Below are positions 48,882 to 60,104 of a stretch of 64,000 bases of DNA, piece by piece. The notes below the pieces were generated by a model. That model was not told where the DNA came from, did not search any database, and saw only the letters and a program-made list of their open reading frames with translations. A program made the position numbers and the translations under genes. Source of the DNA: an uncultured delta proteobacterium (lineage in GTDB: Bacteria; Myxococcota; Myxococcia; Myxococcales; Myxococcaceae); the NCBI GenBank assembly GCA_963796055.1, contig CAWCKH010000004.1:2784001-2848000 (forward strand), written 5' to 3'. The number at the start of each line of letters is the position of its first letter. Within the stretch, counting starts at the first letter, position 1.

Positions 48882-49739
48882 ATGAGCCACACCGCTCTCA
48901 TCGTGGGAGTGGGTGACATCCACGGGCGTTTCCACCGGGTGCGGACCTGGCTGGATGCCCTCGAGCACGCGATGGGCCGACCGGTGGACGCGGTCCTGGC
49001 AGTGGGAGACGTGGAGGCCTTCGCCACCGCCGACGACCATCGGCGCAAGGCTGCCAAGCGCACCATGCCCGCCGAGTTCGCCGCCTTCGCAGCCGGCGAG
49101 TCACGGATACCCCGTCCCTTCTACTTCATCGGTGGAAACAACGAGGACTTCGAGAGCCTGCACGCGTTGCCAGAGGGCGGCGAGGTCGCGCCCGGAGTCC
49201 ACTACCTCGGCCGGGTGGGGACTGCGACCATCGCCGGCGTGCGCGTGGGCTGGCTCTCCGGCATCTACGCCCCGAAGTGGCTGGACACCCCGCTGCAGGC
49301 GCCCTCCAGCGCGGCCACCCGCAAGCAGGCGGGCTACTTCCGCCGGGGTGAGCTCGAGCGGCTCCGTGGCCAGCACGTCGATCTCCTCCTCACCCATGAG
49401 TGGCCGCGGGGGCTGTTCGCCCGGACTCCGGGGAAGCCGGTCCGCCCATGGATGGGCAATCCGTTGACCCGGGCGCTGGTGGATGAGGTGCAGCCGCCGT
49501 GGCTCCTCTGCGGACATTCGCACGAGCGCTTCGCCGCGACCTTGCACCACGCCGGAGGGGTGCAGACGCGGGTAGCCTGTCTCGACGAGGCGGCCGAGCC
49601 GGAAGGTGCGGTGCTCTGGATGGAGTGGAGCCGAGGCCAGGTAGTGCGGGCAGGGTGGGGAATCGACGGACATGTGTCCTGGACGACCGCCCAGCCGTGG
49701 GGCGCCTCGCGCGGCACGACGGCACGGAGCGTCCCCTGA
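48882..49739 (+). CDS. Calcineurin-like metallophosphoesterase resembling lariat debranching enzyme Dbr1
   Basis: GDIHG, VGD, FIGGNNE, LSGIY, LTHEWP, GHSH, CLD, in Dbr1 order. Confidence 0.85.
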   Translation: [285 protein letters not shown]

Positions 49740-49777
49740 CCTCGCGGCGGGAACGTCCTGCTACGCTTCCACCCTGC

Positions 49778-51508
49778 GTGCGGACTCCAACGTCGTCTCT
49801 CCTCTTGGTGTTCGCCGCGCTCGGTGCTGCGTGCACCGGGACCGTCCCCGACCTCGGCTCGGCCAGCTGCAGCCCGCACTGCGCGGAGGGGCTGACCTGC
49901 GTCGACAACGCCGACTTTCCCGGGGGCGTCTGCACCTCCTTCTGCTCCAGCGGGGGGACTTGCAGCGCGGGCAGCACGTGCGTGCAGCTGTCCACCGGGC
50001 AGTTCTGCCTGCCGACCTGCGCCTCGGGTGACGGCTGCCCCATGGGTCTGGTCTGCGGTAACGCTGGCAGTGCCGGGCAGGTGTGCCTGGCTCCGGCGGC
50101 GGCGCCCGCCACCGCGGTGACGGGCTGTCCCATCGGCACGCCGGCGGTCAGCAACGGCGGGATGATCGACGTCCCGGAGGTCACCGGGTGCGTGCAGCCC
50201 ATCGTGCAGAGCAGCTACGCCCCCGCGCCCCCGGCGGTCGGGGCGACCTTGCCGCTGGGCGTCCACCAGGTGGGAGAGAAGGTCGAGTTCCAGCTGCCGC
50301 CCGGAACGAGCGGCTTCACCGTGGTCTCGCAGGGGCAGTCGACCAACGTCCCCAGGGTGAGCGTCTTCGGAGGTGTTCTGCCGAACTCGCCGCTGCCGAC
50401 CCCCATCCAGGAGCCGAACGCGACGTTCTTCGACTATCCGACCTCGTTCGATCAGGCCCCGTCCGATCGCACGCTGACCTGGTCCCCCATTTCCCCGGTG
50501 ACCGCGGCGGTCACCTTTCCCAACGGCACCGCGGGGTTGCAGAAGGCATCGCAAGGGTTGACGCCCGGGACCTGGAATCTGACCGTCAGCGACCTGCTGC
50601 ACGAGTGCGCGTCGCCGCAGCTCGGCTGTGGCGACCCCGCGTCGGGCTCCACCGCCAATCGCTACGACGTCACCGTCCTCACCCGGTCGGGCGGCATCCC
50701 CGAGCGCGGCGGACTGGACCTGGCCATCTACCTGGTCGGGGGCGTCTCGGCGGCCGCCGCGCTCGGCGATCCCCACTACCAGCGGATGGTGCAGCGGATG
50801 ACCGGCGACTTCGCCCGGGCCGGCATCTGTCTGCAGACGGTCACCTACTACGACGTGCCGTCGTGGGCCCGCAGCCGCTGGGCCCTGGTGCAAGTCAGCC
50901 CGGCGGCCGCCGCCGAGCCGTGCAGCGAGTACCGACAGCTGCTGACCCTCGCCCGGCCAGGGAACACGGTGAGCCTCTTCTTCCTCGATCAGATCACCGA
51001 GCCCAACGCGCCCGCCGGGAGCCGGCTGATCGGCTACGACGGGGCAATCCCCGGGGTCTCCACCTTCAACGGCACCACCGCGGGCGGCGCCATCGTCTCG
51101 TCCGGAGACATCGCCACCACCTCCGGATGCGGGAACGTGTTCAGCACCAGCTGCGGCCCGGACGTGGTCGGGGAGACGGCGGCACACGAGGTCGGTCACG
51201 CCCTGGGCCTGTTCCATCCCACCGAGAGTCAGGGAGCGTCGGGTGAGGACTTCGACCCGCTCACCGACACCCCGCAGTGTCTGTGCGCGCTGTGTGTGAG
51301 CGCCAGCGCCCGGAGCAGCTGCGCCGATCAGCCGGGCGCGCCTGCGCAGCCCACCGTGGTGGACGGCTCGAACTGCACCCAGGGGACCCAATCGTGCGGT
51401 GGTGGGGACTACCTGATGTTCTGGCAGCTCACGGACGTGTCGCGCGGGAACCTCTCGCCGCAGGAAGGGCAAGTGATGCGGATGAATCCGCTGGTGCGCC
51501 CGCTGTGA
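49778..51508 (+). CDS. Cys-rich lipoprotein with metzincin (M43-like) protease domain
   Basis: GAAC lipobox; Cys repeats; HEVGHALGLFH; Met-turn YLMF. Confidence 0.82.
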   Translation: MRTPTSSLLLVFAALGAACTGTVPDLGSASCSPHCAEGLTCVDNADFPGGVCTSFCSSGGTCSAGSTCVQLSTGQFCLPTCASGDGCPMGLVCGNAGSAGQVCLAPAAAPATAVTGCPIGTPAVSNGGMIDVPEVTGCVQPIVQSSYAPAPPAVGATLPLGVHQVGEKVEFQLPPGTSGFTVVSQGQSTNVPRVSVFGGVLPNSPLPTPIQEPNATFFDYPTSFDQAPSDRTLTWSPISPVTAAVTFPNGTAGLQKASQGLTPGTWNLTVSDLLHECASPQLGCGDPASGSTANRYDVTVLTRSGGIPERGGLDLAIYLVGGVSAAAALGDPHYQRMVQRMTGDFARAGICLQTVTYYDVPSWARSRWALVQVSPAAAAEPCSEYRQLLTLARPGNTVSLFFLDQITEPNAPAGSRLIGYDGAIPGVSTFNGTTAGGAIVSSGDIATTSGCGNVFSTSCGPDVVGETAAHEVGHALGLFHPTESQGASGEDFDPLTDTPQCLCALCVSASARSSCADQPGAPAQPTVVDGSNCTQGTQSCGGGDYLMFWQLTDVSRGNLSPQEGQVMRMNPLVRPL

Positions 51509-52065
51509 CCGCGCGCTTCGCGGGCCTTCCGGTGGTCGCCGCCGTTCTCCTCTGGGGAGTGGCGCACGGTGCGCCGACCGACCCCCAGGTGCGGGCCCGG
51601 GTCGAGGGGCTGCTCGGAGCCTACCGGGCGGTCACGGTGGCCGAGTGGCGCGGGCTGGGCCCGGGCGCCGCCCCGGTGCTCGAGGGCGTGGCCCGCGATG
51701 CGCTGGCGCTTCCCACCTGGCGGGCGCGGGCCCTGGCCGCGCTGGGCGTGGTGCAGCCCGCGGCCGCCGCACCGCTGGTCCGCCAACTCGCCTCGGACCC
51801 CGCGAACCCGCCGCTCCTGCGCTCGGCGGCGGTGGACGCGGCGCCGGCCGTGCTCGGCGTCGAGGCCGTGGGGTTCCTCACCCCGTTCCTCCGTGACCGG
51901 GATGCGGTCGTCCGTCAGCGGTCGGCGGAGGCGCTGGCCGTGTCCGGCGCCGCCGGGTGCCGGGCGGTGGTGGCCGAGGCGAGGACGCGACCGGCGTCCG
52001 ATGCGCTGGGACGCACGGCGACCCGCTGCGCAGAGCAGCTCCGCGGAGGAGCTCAGGAACGCTGA
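51505..52065 (+). CDS. Secreted HEAT-repeat protein
   Basis: Signal peptide, RARALAALG, LRDRDAVVRQRSAEALA; GTGA overlap. Confidence 0.7.
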   Translation: MTARFAGLPVVAAVLLWGVAHGAPTDPQVRARVEGLLGAYRAVTVAEWRGLGPGAAPVLEGVARDALALPTWRARALAALGVVQPAAAAPLVRQLASDPANPPLLRSAAVDAAPAVLGVEAVGFLTPFLRDRDAVVRQRSAEALAVSGAAGCRAVVAEARTRPASDALGRTATRCAEQLRGGAQER

Positions 52066-52174
52066 CTTCCCTCGAGGGCGAGCCTCACCGGGGAGAGCTC
52101 GCTCGCCTGTCCGTGGAGGGTCTGGCCTCTTGCCCGGCCATGTCATCGCCCAGGCGTAGGGTGGTCGGTCCGCC

Positions 52175-55100
52175 ATGGAAGGCCTGGGCCACGACGAGGG
52201 CTGGACGCTCGAGCGGCTGCGCGACGTCGTCGTGCCGGCGTCGGGACTCCGGACGTGCAGCGGGCCGGCCCTCCACGGCCTCCTCTCCGCGGCGGTCGAG
52301 ACCGTGGGTCCCGGACCCTTCGGCGCGCTGGCCCGGACCCCCTCGTTCCTCCGTGGTCTGGAGGCGCTCCTCGACGAGCTCGCCCTGGGCAGCGTGTCCG
52401 CGGCCACGCTCGCCGAGGCGGCGGAGCGGATGGCTCCTTCCGGCACCCGGCTCACCCACCTCGCGCGTCTGGTCGAGGCCTCCCTGGCGCGGATGGCGGC
52501 CGCCCGGGTGGAGCTCGCGTCCACGCGCTGGGTGGCCGCGAGCGCGGTGCTGGCGCCGGGGTGGCCTGCCGAGCTCCCGGTCGACCAACTCGCATTGGCC
52601 CTCGCTCCGCCGTTCCCGCCCGGAGTGGTGGGGTTCCTCGCCGCCCTGGCCCGGGCCGCGTCGGCCGCCGGCCGTGCCCTGGCGCTCCACGTTCCGCTGA
52701 CCGGAGAGGCTGGCCTCGACGCCGCGCTCGAGCCGCTCCTCCAGGCGTTCGAGGCCGGACCGGATCTGCCCGGGGTCGAGCTGCTGCCGGAGCTCCCCGA
52801 GGGCGCGCTGGCCGAGCCCGTGCGACGGCTCGCCATCGCCGCCCCCGGGAGCGTCCCGGCCACGGCGCTGGAGGCGGTGCTGTCGCCGGGTCCGAGGCGA
52901 GAGGTCGCGGCGCTGGTGGACGCGCTCCGCCGCGCCGTGGAGGCCGGAGCCCCGCCGGAGCGCTGCGCCCTCACTGTGGTCGCCCCGGAGGACGCCGCAG
53001 AGCTGGTGCGCGGGCTGGAGGATGCGGGCTTCCGGGTCGGCCGCCGCGCTCCCGTCCCGCTCGGCACCACGGTGGCCGGCAGGGTAGGTCTCCTCTGGGC
53101 GGGGCTCGCCGCCCGTGGGACGCCGGCCGAGGACGTGGCCTGGCTCCTCAGGCAGCGGCTGCTGCCCGCGCTGCGCGTCGACGTACGCCTGGATCCACTG
53201 CCGCTCCTCCGCCGTGCCGGGGTGCGCGACGGGACGCTGGGCTCCGAGGGCAGCACCAGCGCCTACCAGGTCCGGCTCGCGGCATTCGCCACCCGGAGCC
53301 GCGCCGCGGGGAACGATCACGACGCGGAGGCGGCCGAACGGCTGCTCCGGAGCGCCGGAGCGCTCCTCGGCCTGGCCGACCGCATCCCGCGCCGCGCACG
53401 GCTGGCCGACCTGCTCGAGGCCTGGCGCGCCGGGCTCGAGTCCGGGGGATTCTGGGCCGCGCTCGAGCACGAACCGCTCGAGAGCGACCCGGCCGCTCGC
53501 CGGGCCGCTGCCCGCGAGGCCGCCGCGGTGGAGGTCTGGCGCGCCTTCGTCCGCGACACCCGCGCGGGGTGGAAGGCGGCACGGACCCAGGGCCCGGAGA
53601 TGGACCGCCCCGCGTTCGCGCGCTGGCTCGCGGATGCCGCGGCCACGCTCCCGGTCGAGCTGGCTCCAGGGATGGCGGGTGGGGTGGACGTCCTCCCCCT
53701 CGAGTCGCTGGACGGACGACCGCTCGACTTCCTCGGCGTGGCGGGGCTGGACGCGGCGAGCTTTCCCCGGCGCGCCGAGCCCTCGCTCCTGGGAGACGAA
53801 GAGCGCCAGGCCATCCACGGAATCCTGGGTCGGGCGGCGCTGCCCTCGTTCGTGGGGAGCGGAGAGGCGCGGAGCGCGATGGACGAGGCGGTGGACCGCT
53901 GGCGCCTCGGCCGGGCGCTGGCCTCCGCCGGACGGGTCGCCGTCGCCCGCCGCCGTGGGGGAGCAGGTGCCCCCGCGGACATCGTGCAGCGATTGCTCGC
54001 CGTCACCGGAACGGCCGAGCGTGACCTCTCTTCGGAGTCCGTCCCCCTGCTCGTGGAGGCCCCGGGTCCGGCCTGGGCGCGCGTCCGGCTCGCGCTCGAG
54101 GCGACGGTGGCGCCCGACCTTCGCAACGATGCGGCCGACCCGGTGGCCCGCGCCGCGCTCGGGGAGGTGGAGGGTGCGCCGTGGCTCGAGGAAGCCCGGG
54201 CAGTCGCCGCCATCGACGCGGAACGGCTTCAAGTCTGCGCGGGACTGCTCGGACCCGGAGCGCACAGCGGACGGCTGGGTCCCGCACCGGACGTGGTCGC
54301 TGCCGTCGAGGCCCGGCTCGGCGGCTCCCCCGAGGGGCCGCTCTCGTCCACCAGCCTCACCGCGCTCGCCAACTGCCCGTTCCAGGGACTGTCGCGCAAG
54401 GTGCTCGGGCTCGATCCGCCGGAGGACGGCGCCGAGGAGCTGGACGCGCGCGGCCGGGGGCAGTTCCTGCACGAGGCGCTCGAGCAGCTGGTGAAGCGGC
54501 TCCTCGAGCTCGGGCTGACCGCGGCGGATCCGGCCACGTTGCCCGAGGACCTGGTCCCGGCGGCGGTCGAGGCCGCGGCCCGGGAGCACGCCCGGCAGGC
54601 GCCGACCGGCCACCCGCGCCTCTGGGCGCTCGCCCAGGCCCGCGCGCGCCGGACGCTGGAACGGCTGCTGCGCTCGGGAAAGCTTTACCCCTTTCCCGGA
54701 CTGCGACCGGTCGCCGCCGAGGAGCGCTTCGGCCCCGACCTCGAGCTGCCGGCCGCGCTCCCCGGCGAGCGCCCGGTCTACTTCCGCGGCTCGCTGGACC
54801 GGATCGACCGCGGCGAGGGCGGCACCGGGGTCGTCGACTACAAGAGCAGCAAGCGGCGCGACCGCGCCCGGGCGGAGGTGCTGGTCACGGACTTCCAGCT
54901 TCCCCTCTATCTCCTCGCGCTCAAGGCCCGCGGCGAGCGCCCCCCGTTCCAGGCGGGCTGGCTCTCGCTCCGGACGCTGGAGTTCCTCCCGCTCGATCCG
55001 GACCGCACCGGCCCGCTGGACACCTTCCTCGCCACCGACGCCGCGACCCGCGCCTCCACCACCGGCCCGAACCTCGCCTCCGCCGTGCACGCGCTGCTCG

Positions 55101-55213
55101 CCGAGCCGCGGGAGGGGCTCTTCCCGGTGCGTCCGCGCGAGTGTGGCTTCTGCCCGCTCGGCTCGGTGTGCCGCATCTCGGAGCGCCGGGCGCCGCAGGG
55201 AGTCGAGGGATGA
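52175..55213 (+). CDS. AddB-like subunit: degenerate helicase + PD-(D/E)XK nuclease with Fe-S cysteines
   Basis: NCPF, GQFLH, GSLDRID, VVDYKS, FQLPLY, CGFCPLGSVC; start uncertain. Confidence 0.87.
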   Translation: MEGLGHDEGWTLERLRDVVVPASGLRTCSGPALHGLLSAAVETVGPGPFGALARTPSFLRGLEALLDELALGSVSAATLAEAAERMAPSGTRLTHLARLVEASLARMAAARVELASTRWVAASAVLAPGWPAELPVDQLALALAPPFPPGVVGFLAALARAASAAGRALALHVPLTGEAGLDAALEPLLQAFEAGPDLPGVELLPELPEGALAEPVRRLAIAAPGSVPATALEAVLSPGPRREVAALVDALRRAVEAGAPPERCALTVVAPEDAAELVRGLEDAGFRVGRRAPVPLGTTVAGRVGLLWAGLAARGTPAEDVAWLLRQRLLPALRVDVRLDPLPLLRRAGVRDGTLGSEGSTSAYQVRLAAFATRSRAAGNDHDAEAAERLLRSAGALLGLADRIPRRARLADLLEAWRAGLESGGFWAALEHEPLESDPAARRAAAREAAAVEVWRAFVRDTRAGWKAARTQGPEMDRPAFARWLADAAATLPVELAPGMAGGVDVLPLESLDGRPLDFLGVAGLDAASFPRRAEPSLLGDEERQAIHGILGRAALPSFVGSGEARSAMDEAVDRWRLGRALASAGRVAVARRRGGAGAPADIVQRLLAVTGTAERDLSSESVPLLVEAPGPAWARVRLALEATVAPDLRNDAADPVARAALGEVEGAPWLEEARAVAAIDAERLQVCAGLLGPGAHSGRLGPAPDVVAAVEARLGGSPEGPLSSTSLTALANCPFQGLSRKVLGLDPPEDGAEELDARGRGQFLHEALEQLVKRLLELGLTAADPATLPEDLVPAAVEAAAREHARQAPTGHPRLWALAQARARRTLERLLRSGKLYPFPGLRPVAAEERFGPDLELPAALPGERPVYFRGSLDRIDRGEGGTGVVDYKSSKRRDRARAEVLVTDFQLPLYLLALKARGERPPFQAGWLSLRTLEFLPLDPDRTGPLDTFLATDAATRASTTGPNLASAVHALLAEPREGLFPVRPRECGFCPLGSVCRISERRAPQGVEG

Positions 55214-58200
55214 GCGCGGTCCGCCCCAGCGCCTGCGTCTTCGCCGGTGCCGGAACCGGGAAGACGCACGGCCTCGTCACCGAGTGCCTGCGCCTCCTCG
55301 GCGGCGCGGATCGCGACGAGCCACTTCCCCCCGCCAGGCTGTGCCTGCTCACCTTCACCGAGAAGGCGGCGGCGGAGATGCGGGGGCGGCTCGCCTCCCG
55401 CGTGGCGGCACTGGCGGCGGGCGAGTCCTCCGAGCCCGAGCTGGCCGCGGCCTTCCTGGCCTCGGGCCGCCCGTTCCCACCCGCCTCGGAGTGGAGGCGG
55501 CTGCAGACCCGGCTCTCCGGCGCAACCATCGCCACATTCCACGGCTTCTGTGCCGGGCTCCTCCGTCGCGCTCCGGCCGGAACCGGGACCCCGGCCGACT
55601 TCGTGCTCCTCGACGAGGAGGAGTCCCTGGACCTGCTGGAGGAGCTCGCCGAGCGGCTGGTGCTCGAGCGCCTCGAGGCAGGGGACGCGGCGGTCGAGGC
55701 GCTGTGCGCGGACCTCGACCTCCGCGGGCTGCGCCGGAGCGGACTGGTCGAGCTGCTGGTGGACCAGGCCCGGCGGGTGCGAGACCACGGCCACGCCCCG
55801 GGGGGGCTGGCCATCACCCGGCCCGAGGACGTCCGCCAGGCGCTCGACCAGAGCGCCGCCCGGGTCCGCGCGCTGGTGCAGGACGCGCTCCGCCGCGCCC
55901 GGGCCGAGGGCGGCGCGTGCGAGCCGGTGCTGGCGGCGATCACCGACCTGCTCGTCGGCTGGGGACCCGACACCGCGCTGGAGCGTGCGGCTCGCCTGGC
56001 GGACCTGCGCGATGCCCTGCCGGGAAGAGGAGGGAAGAACGGGCTCGGGGCGGCGGTGCGAGCTGCGCGGGAGGCGCTGAGCGGGGGCGACTCTCCACTC
56101 GGAGCGGCGGCGCTGCTGCTGGCCCGGCCCCACGAGGAGACCTGGCGGGCGCTGCTGGTCGCGCTCGCGGAGCGGCAGCGGGCGGCCTTCGACGAGGCCG
56201 GGGCCCTCGATTTCGCCGAGCTGCTCATCCGGGCGCGCGACCTGCTCGCCGGCGATCCGGCCGTGCGGGGTCGCGAGCAGGCCCGCATCGGCGCGCTCCT
56301 GCTCGACGAGTTCCAGGACACCAACCTGCTCCAGCTGGAGCTCACCTTCCTCCTGGCGGAGGCCCGCGACGGGGCGCCGCGGCCGCTGGGGAGCGACGGG
56401 TCGCGCGGGCTGCCGCTCGAGCCCGGGTTCCTCTGCGCGGTCGGGGACCGCAAGCAGTCCATCTACGACTTCCGGGGTGCCGACGTGGAGGTGTTCGAGG
56501 AGCTCGCCCGCGCCGTGGAGACGGGAGGTGGTGAGCGGAGGTTCCTTCGGGTGAGCCGGCGCGCGCAGCCCGGGCTGGTGAGCGTGCTCAACGGGCTGCT
56601 CGGTCCCATCCTCGGGCAGACGCCGGCCGCGCCGTGGGAGGTGCCGTTCCGCCCTGGCGAGGACGACCTCGAGCCCTGGCGGCCGCAGATCGGCCCCCCG
56701 GGGTGCGTGGAGCGGCTGGTGGCCGTCGCGGAGGAGGACCGCGCGGAGGAGCGCCGACAGGCCGAGGCCGATCTCCTCGCCCGGCGCCTCGCGCACCTCC
56801 TGGCGCCCGGGTCGGAGGCCCGCATCCCCGACGGCGCCGGCCTCCGACCGGTGCGCGGTGGGGACGTGGCGATCCTGCTGCGCTCGTTCGTCGAGGTGGC
56901 GACCTACACCGAGGCGCTCGCCCGTCACCACGTGCCCCATCGGGTCCTGCGCGGCCGGGGCATCTTCGCCTCGCCCGAGGTGCGGGACGTGGCCGCGCTG
57001 CTCGGCTTCCTGACCGATCCCCGGAACCCGGTGCACCTCGCCGCGTGCCTGCGCGGTCCGGCGGTCGGACTCTCCGACGCGACCCTGGTGCGGCTGGCGC
57101 TCCCCCGCGGGCGACTCGACGCCCGGGTGCTCGCCGGCGGGCTCCCCCCGGAGGCGCTCTCCGGCGAGGCCGGACGGTGGGCGCGGTTCGTCGCCGTCGC
57201 CCGGCAACTGCGCGCCCGCCTGGACCGGTGCTCGCTGGTCGACCTACTCGAGGACGCCTGGGACGCGCTCGGCACCCGCACGGCGCTCGCCGCCTCGCCG
57301 CACGGGGAGGAGCAGCTCGGGAATCTGGAGGTGGTGCGGCAGCTCGGGGCGCGCTGGGACTCCCGCGGTCGCTCGGATCCGGCGGCCTTCGCCCGGCGGC
57401 TGCTCGACCTCGCCGACCGCGACCCTCGCATCGGGCTCGAGGAGGTGGAGGACGCCCGTGGCGGTCCGGCGGTCCAGCTGCTCACCGTCCACGCGGCGAA
57501 GGGCCTGGAGTGGCCTGTGGTGTGCATCGCCGATCTCGGGGCGAGCCGGCCTCCCTCGACGGGCCGATTGCTGGTCGACCCGCGAAACGGGCTGGCGTTC
57601 CGCCCCACCGTGCCCTGGAGCGCGGATCCGCACCCCACGCCCCGCTCGGTGGCGCTCGCCGACATCCTCGCCAGCCGGGACGTCGCCGAGAGTCGCCGCG
57701 TGCTCTACGTGGCGATGACCCGGGCCCGGGATCACCTCGTGCTCTCGGGCATCCAGGGACGGGGAGGGCCCCGCACCTGGGCCGGCTGGATCGACCCGGT
57801 GCTGGATGCGCCGGAAGTGCGTGCGCGGGTGCGTCGCCTCGACGACGGAGCCTGTCCCGCGCTGCCCCCGCGTGCTCCTCTGCCACCCGTCGAGGTCGAG
57901 CCCGGGCGGGTGCGCGCCGCGCTCGCCCGGCTCGAGCCCCTGGCGAGACGAGCTCCGGGCCTGGTCCCCCTCGAGGCGCTGGAGGCGCTCGAGGGCTGCC
58001 CGCGCCGGTTCCAGCTCCGCGCGCTCGAGGGCCACCGGGAGCCCGGCGCTGGCGCGAGGACAGAGGTGCGCTCCCCGAGGCACCGGGACGGCCGGCTCGA
58101 CGTGCTCCGGAGGCTGGTCGCAGGGATTCCGGTCACCGCGTGGGGCGCCGGGGTTCCGGACGAGGCGCTGGGGGCGGCGGCGGGGCGAGTCGGCCTCACG

Positions 58201-58683
58201 CTCGCCGAGGCCGAGGCGCTGCGGCTGGCCGCGCCGCTGCGGCGGCTCGGGCGGGCGCTCCGCGGCTTCACCGCGGGGTTCACCTGGGCGAGCGGGGTGC
58301 CGTTCCGGTTGCCGCTGGGAGCGGCCTCGGTGCAGGGCGCGTTCGACCTGCATCTGGTGGGGCCGCCAGGCGAGGCGGTGGTGCGCCTGGTGGGAGGCTC
58401 GCGGGCCGCGCTGGGCGCGAGCGCGACGGTGCTGCTCGAGGCGCTCCGGGCCCGGACCGGCGGTGCCCGGCAGGTCCGGGCCGCGCTGTTCGCCGTGGAC
58501 GGGGACGAGGAGAAGCTGCGCTGGGTGTCCGCGCCCCCGCTGAGCACCGCGGAGATCGACGCGCGGCTGACGGCGGCGCTCGCGCTCGGGTCGGCGCTGG
58601 CCGAGGGACTGGAACGCTCCGGATGCGAGGCGCTGGGCTGCGGCTTCGTCCCTCGTTGTCACCCGGGGGAGCGCGGGCTATAG
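55210..58683 (+). CDS. AddA-like UvrD-family helicase with degenerate nuclease domain
   Basis: AGAGTGKT, TFTEKAAAEM, DEFQDT, VGDRKQSIY, TVHAAKGLEW, YVAMTRAR. Confidence 0.9.
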   Translation: MSAVRPSACVFAGAGTGKTHGLVTECLRLLGGADRDEPLPPARLCLLTFTEKAAAEMRGRLASRVAALAAGESSEPELAAAFLASGRPFPPASEWRRLQTRLSGATIATFHGFCAGLLRRAPAGTGTPADFVLLDEEESLDLLEELAERLVLERLEAGDAAVEALCADLDLRGLRRSGLVELLVDQARRVRDHGHAPGGLAITRPEDVRQALDQSAARVRALVQDALRRARAEGGACEPVLAAITDLLVGWGPDTALERAARLADLRDALPGRGGKNGLGAAVRAAREALSGGDSPLGAAALLLARPHEETWRALLVALAERQRAAFDEAGALDFAELLIRARDLLAGDPAVRGREQARIGALLLDEFQDTNLLQLELTFLLAEARDGAPRPLGSDGSRGLPLEPGFLCAVGDRKQSIYDFRGADVEVFEELARAVETGGGERRFLRVSRRAQPGLVSVLNGLLGPILGQTPAAPWEVPFRPGEDDLEPWRPQIGPPGCVERLVAVAEEDRAEERRQAEADLLARRLAHLLAPGSEARIPDGAGLRPVRGGDVAILLRSFVEVATYTEALARHHVPHRVLRGRGIFASPEVRDVAALLGFLTDPRNPVHLAACLRGPAVGLSDATLVRLALPRGRLDARVLAGGLPPEALSGEAGRWARFVAVARQLRARLDRCSLVDLLEDAWDALGTRTALAASPHGEEQLGNLEVVRQLGARWDSRGRSDPAAFARRLLDLADRDPRIGLEEVEDARGGPAVQLLTVHAAKGLEWPVVCIADLGASRPPSTGRLLVDPRNGLAFRPTVPWSADPHPTPRSVALADILASRDVAESRRVLYVAMTRARDHLVLSGIQGRGGPRTWAGWIDPVLDAPEVRARVRRLDDGACPALPPRAPLPPVEVEPGRVRAALARLEPLARRAPGLVPLEALEALEGCPRRFQLRALEGHREPGAGARTEVRSPRHRDGRLDVLRRLVAGIPVTAWGAGVPDEALGAAAGRVGLTLAEAEALRLAAPLRRLGRALRGFTAGFTWASGVPFRLPLGAASVQGAFDLHLVGPPGEAVVRLVGGSRAALGASATVLLEALRARTGGARQVRAALFAVDGDEEKLRWVSAPPLSTAEIDARLTAALALGSALAEGLERSGCEALGCGFVPRCHPGERGL

Positions 58684-60021
<1,338 letters not shown>

Positions 60022-60104
60022 CGCGGTCGCGCGAGAACGGATATGAGGGGACCGAGCCCGGGGCGGCGGTCGTTCCCGGGCTCGATTCGAGAGCAGGTGC
60101 ACGC

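Noticed and set aside
46045..48885. Long antisense ORFs (also 2459-5128, 35252-37741, 52085-55090 and others)
   Set aside because: Shadow frames of real genes caused by high-GC codon bias; no motifs.
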